Source: Eledone cirrhosa
Lineage: Eukaryota
Direction of reading: 5' to 3'
DNA: 64,000 nt
Assembly: GCA_964016885.1 (NCBI GenBank)
Contig: OZ024746.1
Coordinates: forward strand, 59,520,001-59,584,000
Shown here: piece by piece, positions 55,853 to 64,000 of the stretch
How the letters are laid out: every line of letters starts with the position of its first letter
How positions within the stretch are numbered: position 1 is the first letter of the stretch
The notes under the pieces: model-generated
What the model saw: the letters and a program-made list of their open reading frames with translations, nothing else
Told to the model about the DNA's origin: nothing
The model's database searches: none
Position numbers and translations under genes: made by a program

Positions 55853-56019
55853 ATGTATGTATGTATGTATGTATGTATGTATGTATGTATGTATGTATGT
55901 ATGTATGTATGTATGTATGTATGTATGTATGCGTGTATGCGTGTATGTTTGTATATGTGTATGTACGTACGTATGTATATTTCTGAGTGTGTGTGCATTT
56001 ATGTATAGATATAAATAAA

Positions 56020-56560
56020 TAGATAAATTTCTTTATTAGCCACAAGGGCACAAAAGAATGGGACAAATACAAATGGGGAGTTTACATACAGGTATATGAA
56101 AATAAAACTATTAATAAAATAGCAAATAACAATTGAAATCCCCAATAGGGGGGAGGCGTTACACAGGGGTTGTACACACCCCGAAAAAATATACAACCCT
56201 CATCTCCAGGAGCACCAAGAGTGAGTACTCCCTTCCTCTCTTCCTCTTTTTCCTCAACCTACAGGCTTATATAGAGAGAAGGCCCAACCACTCGGGCCAT
56301 CTTTGCCACATTCACCCACCTTTTATAAAATTTGCTGGGGTACAGCACCTCCCTCTCCATCCTGATTCTTCTTCCAAAATGATATTTGAAAAAACGAATC
56401 AGTTGCTCGCCGGAGAGAAAGGTGTCTGACCTCAGCCCTTAAATAAATAGATAGATTTCTTTATTAGCCACAAGGGCGCAACAAGAAAGGGGACAATACA
56501 AAGACATGCCGGGGATTTTACATACAGTCGTGTAAAAAATATAAAAACAAACAATTTAGA
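56020..56560 (-). mobile_element. Two tandem Tx1-clade 3' ends (56020-56445, 56455-56560) in (TATC)n
   Basis: Both end cccttgtggctAATAAAgaaat then tatctat; the longer one encodes KGLRSDTFLSGEQLIRFF...KRWVNVAKMARV, homologous to ORF 17268-17594. Confidence 0.8.
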
Positions 56561-56624
56561 AAGATAGATAGACAGGCAGATACTTAGAGAAATAGATAAA
56601 TAGATAGAACGATAGATAGACAGG

Positions 56625-56706
<82 letters not shown>

Positions 56707-57354
56707 TGGCAGTAGAATAATGCATGTGTGTGAATATAGAAGAAAATGGAGAGTTAGAAAAATTATTACAAACAAATTATTACAAACAAAATATAACGAA
56801 ATATCATTAATCAGTTGCTTGCCGGAAGTTGATTTCGAACAGAAAGTTTTCTGTCTATGGATTACAAAATGACGTATGTGTTATTTCTATGAATGCTGGT
56901 GTTTATGGCAGCAAATGACGCTTGCAGAGCTAATCCTAATTGAGCAATTCTTAGCTGTAAGACACAGATATCGACTTTCGTATGAATATAATATATACCT
57001 TTTGAACGTCAACAGAGCACAATTGTTGTTGCACCACAGCGATAGAAAGCACTTTAGATATCTTGCAAAAGGATTTTTCTATAGAGCCTGAAAAATGAAA
57101 GAAAATATAGCTGTGAATAACATTTAAAGAATTCCGGAAAGACTATCGCATGAATCCGTGAATTCCCTAGAAATCTGTATCTATATCGCCTCGAGGTTCT
57201 CGCAATTGGGAACTTCTGTAGATCCTATTTTTGTAGGCTGCTCTGAAGACAGCTTCTACCTTGTATATTTTTGAAGTACAATACCATACATGGAGAGTCT
57301 TTCTCTCTATCTCTTCCTCTCTATGTCTATCTATCTATCTACCTATCTATCTAT

Positions 57355-57778
57355 ACCTTCTCTCTATATTAGCCTGTAGGTTGAGGAAAAGGAGGAGGAG
57401 AGGAAAGGAATACAAACTCTTCGTACTCCTGGAGATGAGGGTTGCACAATTTTTCGGGGGTATGTGTTACCCGTATGAACTGTCTCCCCTATTGGGGAAA
57501 ATCGACTAATTTTTTAAATTGCATTTGTGATAACATTTTACACGTTTTTATTGTATGTAAACTTCCCCCTTTGTATTTCTCCCCTTCTTTTGTGCCCCTG
57601 TGGCTAATAAAGAAACATATCTATCTATTTATCTATCTATCTATCTTTTTTGTTATATTTTATTTTATTTTTATATCTTGTTATTGCCTCCTCCTTATTG
57701 AGGACGCCTTGTTTTGTAAACTCCCCCCATTGTACTTGTCCCACTTTTGATGCCCTGGTGGCAAATAAAAGAAACATA
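57355..57778 (+). mobile_element. Two tandem Tx1-clade 3' ends (57355-57618, ~57650-57778) in (TATC)n
   Basis: Inverted homologues of 56020-56285; end gtggctaataaagaaaca / gtggcaaataaaagaaaca followed by (tatc)n. Confidence 0.8.
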
Positions 57779-57799
57779 TCTATCTACCTATCCATCTAT

Positions 57800-57845
<46 letters not shown>

Positions 57846-57934
57846 GTCTATCTATCTCTCCTTCTCCCTCTTTCACACACATACAGACATACATACGCAA
57901 TCACATACACCACGTATGCATGTATATATATATA

Positions 57935-58007
<73 letters not shown>

Positions 58008-58573
58008 ATATATATATTTATATATATATATATGTGTGTATGCATAGATTTCAAATGTATTTGCTTATATTCATATATATATATGTGTGTGCGAATGTAC
58101 GTATATATGTATGTATATATGTTTGTCTGTATATATTCATTATTTATATATTAATACTATGTTTTTTTCGTTTTGTTTTGTCGTTTTTCTTTTTTCTTGT
58201 TTTCTTTTTGTTTTGTTTTTTTCTTTCTTTCAATCACGATCGCAGACTATTTTTACCATCTTGTACTACCAAATGAATGCTGTCAATAAGATAGAAAAAT
58301 ACTAAATTCTTTTAAACTCTTTGATGAAATCTGTTCATGATAGATGGTATGTGACGACGGCCATTTTAGAACAGAGCAAAGTAACATCGTTCATGTTGAA
58401 GTTAGAAAGATAAAAGTACTTTCAACGGTCTTCGCGTTTTTTCTCGTTGTCATTTACCGACATTTTTCTTCTGTGGTTTTCTTGTTGAGTTTGTCTTCTT
58501 CGTCTTTTTCGTTTCTCTTTGCATCTTTGTATATCTATATTTTGGTCTTTCTGCCTGCCTATGTTTGTCTGAT

Positions 58574-58650
<77 letters not shown>

Positions 58651-59148
58651 TTCCTACTCTTTCACTTTCTCTCTGAATATATACATATAGGTGTGTTTGT
58701 GTGCGTGCGTGCATGTGTGTCAATGAATGTGCGAGTGTGTCCTGCCTATTTTTCTCCTGCTGTGTGTGCGCATTTGTCTACTTTTACAGCTATCTGTCTA
58801 TCATATATCAATCTATCTATCAATCTATCTATCTATCTATCTATCAATCAATCTTTCACTCTATTTATCTAACTACGTACTAAAGTCTGGTATACATTGC
58901 TATATCAATCAAAATGGCGATTCTTCAGATCGCTGCATAGCGCAGATGTACATCTACTTAACTTTACCTTACGTCAAAACTTAACAATATACATATATGG
59001 GTATTGTCCGCTACTATAGTCTTCCATCACACAGTCAATATCTCTCTTACACACACGCATACGCACGCACGCATTCACTCGCTCATTCTCTCGTACTTGT
59101 TCACTGTCATTGTTTTTTCTGCTATATATATATGTACGTATATATATA

Positions 59149-59208
<60 letters not shown>

Positions 59209-59226
59209 AGTATGAATATATGTATG

Positions 59227-59315
<89 letters not shown>

Positions 59316-59318
<3 letters not shown>

Positions 59319-59495
59319 TTTATCCCGGGTTCAATCGGAGGTAACCACACTAATTAAGGTACTCAATACATAGCAAAGTATAAATATTTAATATTGAAAT
59401 GTCTTCTACAGGACTAGAACTGTTTCATTCGGGAGAAATCATTAGGCTTCCTAATTATTTCTCCCGAATGAAACAGTTCTAGTCCTGTAGAAGCC

Positions 59496-59499
<4 letters not shown>
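59316..59499. mobile_element. Fold-back family H1 in (TA)n: tail + 50-bp-arm hairpin
   Basis: Arms 59397-59446 and 59450-59499; minus strand of left arm gc-CTAATGA-tttc-tccc-gaat-GAAA-cagttc-TA-gtc. Confidence 0.82.
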
Positions 59500-59548
<49 letters not shown>

Positions 59549-59620
59549 TGTCTCAAACGATTTAAATAGTACTTGCTATATTGTGGCTATAACTTCGATT
59601 CATACCCAATATTATATATA

Positions 59621-59658
<38 letters not shown>

Positions 59659-59749
59659 TGTAAACATATATATAATTAATTGGCAGTAGTACTAAGACAG
59701 TACTAAGTAGAATGTCGCCAGCAAATGTTCATCACGGAAAATCTATATA

Positions 59750-59812
59750 GATGCTCATCTATATAGATGCTCATCTATATAGATGCTCATCTATATAGAT
59801 GCTCATCTATTT
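59750..59812. repeat. 16-bp tandem repeat (atctatatagatgctc) x~4, internally palindromic
   Basis: Direct inspection. Confidence 0.9.
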
Positions 59813-59833
59813 CCATGTCAGTACCGGTTGAGT

Positions 59834-59886
59834 GAATGTTATTGATGAAAGACTAACGAATCTTGAAACAACGCTGTTTGGCATTC
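59834..59886 (+). ncRNA. Type I hammerhead ribozyme motif (U3.G8 variant)
   Basis: gaatgtta-TTGATGA-aaga-ctaacgaa-tctt-GAAA-ca-acgc-tg-TT-tggcattc: 8-bp stem I (2 G.U), 4-bp stem II, short stem III, GUU triplet. Confidence 0.7.
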
Positions 59887-60178
59887 TCAGTTGTTACTGA
59901 GACTCTCTAATATGCTCACAGAGGAAAATAGAGAAATATGATTTGGGGGCTAATAAAAAATAATTGTCTTTCATAACGACGCTACCATATGTTTATTGCA
60001 TATAAACATTTAATACATGCTATCATATACACCCCTATATATATATATATGTAGGAGGGGGAGGGTATACAGAATTCTGTCTAAAGATTCCTGTTCCGAA
60101 TGTGTAATGATTATGAACAGATGCACACTTCCGTTCCATCTTTCTCACTCTTGAACGTTCGAATACATATTAACTATA

Positions 60179-60237
<59 letters not shown>

Positions 60238-60836
60238 AGTTGACGGACCCAGCATATTTATCAATGCCAGGACCGGTTGTATCTCAGCGTACTCAATAGG
60301 TAATGTAGAATATATTCCCAGATTATACACATAGTTATTCGCTTCAATATAACACACGTAAAACGGGTGCCTATAATAGTTCCTGGACTCGGGTTTCGGC
60401 CACACTTAATGCAGCAATAGGGTGCACTGCACCCTCTGTCTGCATATATTATGCAACAATGCATAATCAGCGCATGTGTCTTCATCAGCGGGTATCGCCT
60501 AATCAATAACCAATCGATCGACAGAATTCAACACCAGTCCATACCGGCTATGACTGTTTGTGACGGCCGACACAGTAAAGTGATTAGCAACTGGAATCTG
60601 ATATATATATATATAGTAAAAGAAGGAAGAAAAACATGGTCGGCCGTACAAAAAGTGTTTATTTACAGTATTAACAACTGTTTCATTAATCAGGTGAGTC
60701 TAAAGGCCGCTAGTCGCCAGAAATTACGTCACTCGACCTTAATTACAATGTTTGCCTGATCAAATCATCGGAATACTGATATATATATATATATATTTCA
60801 GTATTATATATATATATGTGTGTGTTTGTATGTGTG

Positions 60837-60911
<75 letters not shown>

Positions 60912-61188
60912 GTATATATATATACGGGTGTATCTTGTTCAATTAACCTTTTCGTGAACCATATTTCTTATATAATTTGTATACAAGATCTCTTTTATGA
61001 ATAAACTAATTTTGATAAGCCTTCGTTCTAAGGTCATACATAATTCCCTGTACTTTCCGCGGGGGAAAATGACAATTTTTAATTCAATTTGGTTAATATA
61101 ATCTCCACCTGCACCATCCAAATACACTACGTTAAGGACCTTATGAGGAAACGAATTCAAATTGGGGCACTACACTGAAATTATATCG

Positions 61189-61527
<339 letters not shown>

Positions 61528-61692
61528 TGTATATATATATGACAAATATGGTATGTTTAAGATAGCGAGTTCATGCTAGTATACAAATATACACACAAAC
61601 AAAAATACACACAAATATACATACGTAGAAATATCTTTCTATCGATACGTGTGCATGTTTATATGTGTCTATGTTTGTATATACATATATAC

Positions 61693-62006
<314 letters not shown>

Positions 62007-62082
62007 CTTCTACTAAACACGTCTCATGGACTGAGTGCTCTACCACTACGGATATTACCTTCCAGTGTTCAACCTCTCTCTC

Positions 62083-62147
<65 letters not shown>

Positions 62148-62403
62148 CAAATTAAAAAACGGAGTTAAAGACTCACATTAATTCTCTATGATTTAATGAG
62201 CTCAAGGAATAAATAATGGGCTCTTTATAAGACAGTATACTGAGAAAAATACACAGAGGTATGTGTTCAATTGTAGGAATATATTGAATGTATGTATGTA
62301 TGTATGTATGTAAATATAAATGTATGTATGTAGAATGTATGTATGTATGAATGTATGTATGAATGTATGTATGTATGAATGGGTGTATATATCTATGTAT
62401 TAT

Positions 62404-62445
<42 letters not shown>

Positions 62446-62563
62446 TATTTGTATGTACGTATGTATGTATATATGTATGTATAATTGCATGTATGTATGT
62501 ATGTATGTATGTATGTATGTATGTATGTATGTATGTATGTATGTATGTATGTATGTATTTATG

Positions 62564-63164
62564 TCAGGCCACCAGTTGGTGCTACTGGTAACATGTATTC
62601 CAGTACAACCTGCCCCATGGTCGGGTCGTTGGCGACTACACTGGCAACTCCACCAAGGTTTCTTGGTGAGGAGGGTGACTTTGGACATACTGCAGGACTA
62701 AAAACAAAACCTGACAAAGGGCAAAGTTGCTCTTAAGAGTCAATGGCCATCCAAAATCACCGGGAGAGATGACCCCTTAGCCTTTGTCAAGGTAGGAGAA
62801 GGAAAACTCTGATATTACACCTGCAACCCTGATGGTATCCAATGATGTTGACTTGTTCTTCTTTTTGGTAAATATCATCTTGGTTAAGAGAGTGGGACTG
62901 GCTTTGTGCAGTGCCTTTGCTCACTATAAAAGCTTCACGGCACAGGCATTGCTTTATATCTGGAGATCTCTCTGCACTTGTCGTAACATGGTACCATGGG
63001 CCCAGCACTATGTGTCAATAATTGTCATAAGTGTAGTGTTTGTACCAGAGTTTTCAAGTCGCTGGTGGACTAAAAAGTCACACTCGTTCAGCGCATCGGT
63101 AGGGGTTCTCCTACATGGATATAAAGTAGTGGCTGTACTCGAAAACGAGTTGGCAGCCACCACC
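62564..63164. mobile_element. ~600-bp non-coding element inserted in (TATG)n
   Basis: Sharp boundaries with (tatg)n on both sides; terminal ~140 bp repeated at 30979-31120; stem-loop gtagtggctg-t-actcg-aaaa-cgagt-tgg-cagccaccac at one end. Confidence 0.75.
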
Positions 63165-64000
63165 ATGTATGTATGTACGCATTTATGTATGTATGTGTAT
63201 ATATATATATGTATATTTGTATACATGAATGAATGTATGTGTGTATGTATGTATCAATGTTAATACTTGTGTGATTCTGTTGAATGAATGAAGATATTCC
63301 TCTCCTTCTCCCTCCGCCCCCTCTATCATTTGATAGTCTTTCTCTCCCTTTCTTTCTTCCATTCTCTCTCACTTTTTCTTTCCTCTCTTTCTCTGCCCAT
63401 CCTCTCTCTTTCTGTCCTCTTGTCTCTGCTTCTCCTCTCTTTCTGCCCTCTTTTCTCTGCCTCCCTCTCTTCCCCTCTCTTCTCTTTCCTCTTTTTTTCT
63501 TCCCCTTCTCTCTTTTTTTTCCTCTCTTTCTTTGCCTCCCTCTCTTTCTTCCATCTTCTTTCTTTTACTCTCTTCCTTTTCTTCCTTTCTCTGCCTCCCC
63601 CCCTCTATCTTTCCTCTCATTACTCCCCCTCTCGCCCTCTCTCTCCCTGTCTCTCTCTCTCCCTGTCTCTCTCTCTCCCTCTCTGCTTGTGTCTTATGTA
63701 TGTAGTCAATACTTCATTCATCTAGTTACATAAACAGCAATGACTGTAAGACTCACTACAGACAACAGACATCAGTAGTGATGATATTCCATATAATAGA
63801 TTACATTACATTACATTACATTGCATTACTGTCTGTCTGTCTGTCTGTCTGTCTGACTGACTGTCTATCTGTCTGTCTGTCTGACTGACTGACTGACTGA
63901 CCGTATATACACGGTGGAATGTGATCATTCTCTATTGATGTATATATCACTAAATTAAACAATATATTACAGCATATGTGTGAGTGTATGTGTGTATGTG

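Noticed and set aside
63030-63164. HDV-like ribozyme at the end of the 600-bp element
   Set aside because: The stems form a nested hairpin; P3/L3 and the catalytic J4/2 order could not be assigned

Overview
Repeat-saturated eukaryotic (animal) genomic DNA. The SINE types, LINE fragments and very long (TA)n/(CA)n/(TACA)n tracts look like a coleoid cephalopod (Octopus-like; inference). Almost all listed ORFs are microsatellite artefacts. Real coding content: (i) one intact 1169-aa R4/Dong-type non-LTR retrotransposon (RT + CCHC + restriction-like endonuclease) at 51825-55852(-), in tandem with a decayed second family member at 48656-51791(-); (ii) LINE fragments (CRE, CR1, Tx1/L1); (iii) a possible host gene on the minus strand (a 126-bp exon candidate at 11523-11648 and a >5.4-kb stop-free Thr/Asn-rich 15-aa-repeat frame running off the left edge). 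Two patterns stand out. First, retroelement families appear partitioned among microsatellites: R4/Dong in (TACA)n, Tx1 in (TATC)n or (TAA)n, hairpins in (TA)n. Second, there are at least 7 short fold-back (inverted-repeat) insertions, most in or next to (TA)n tracts, and several carry minimal hammerhead-ribozyme motifs with the fold-back point in or next to the ribozyme. One has a compensatory U3-A8 core, and there is a separate near-canonical hammerhead at 59834-59886. This suggests a Penelope/retrozyme-like non-autonomous system. Family names come from motif recognition only; no database search was run.
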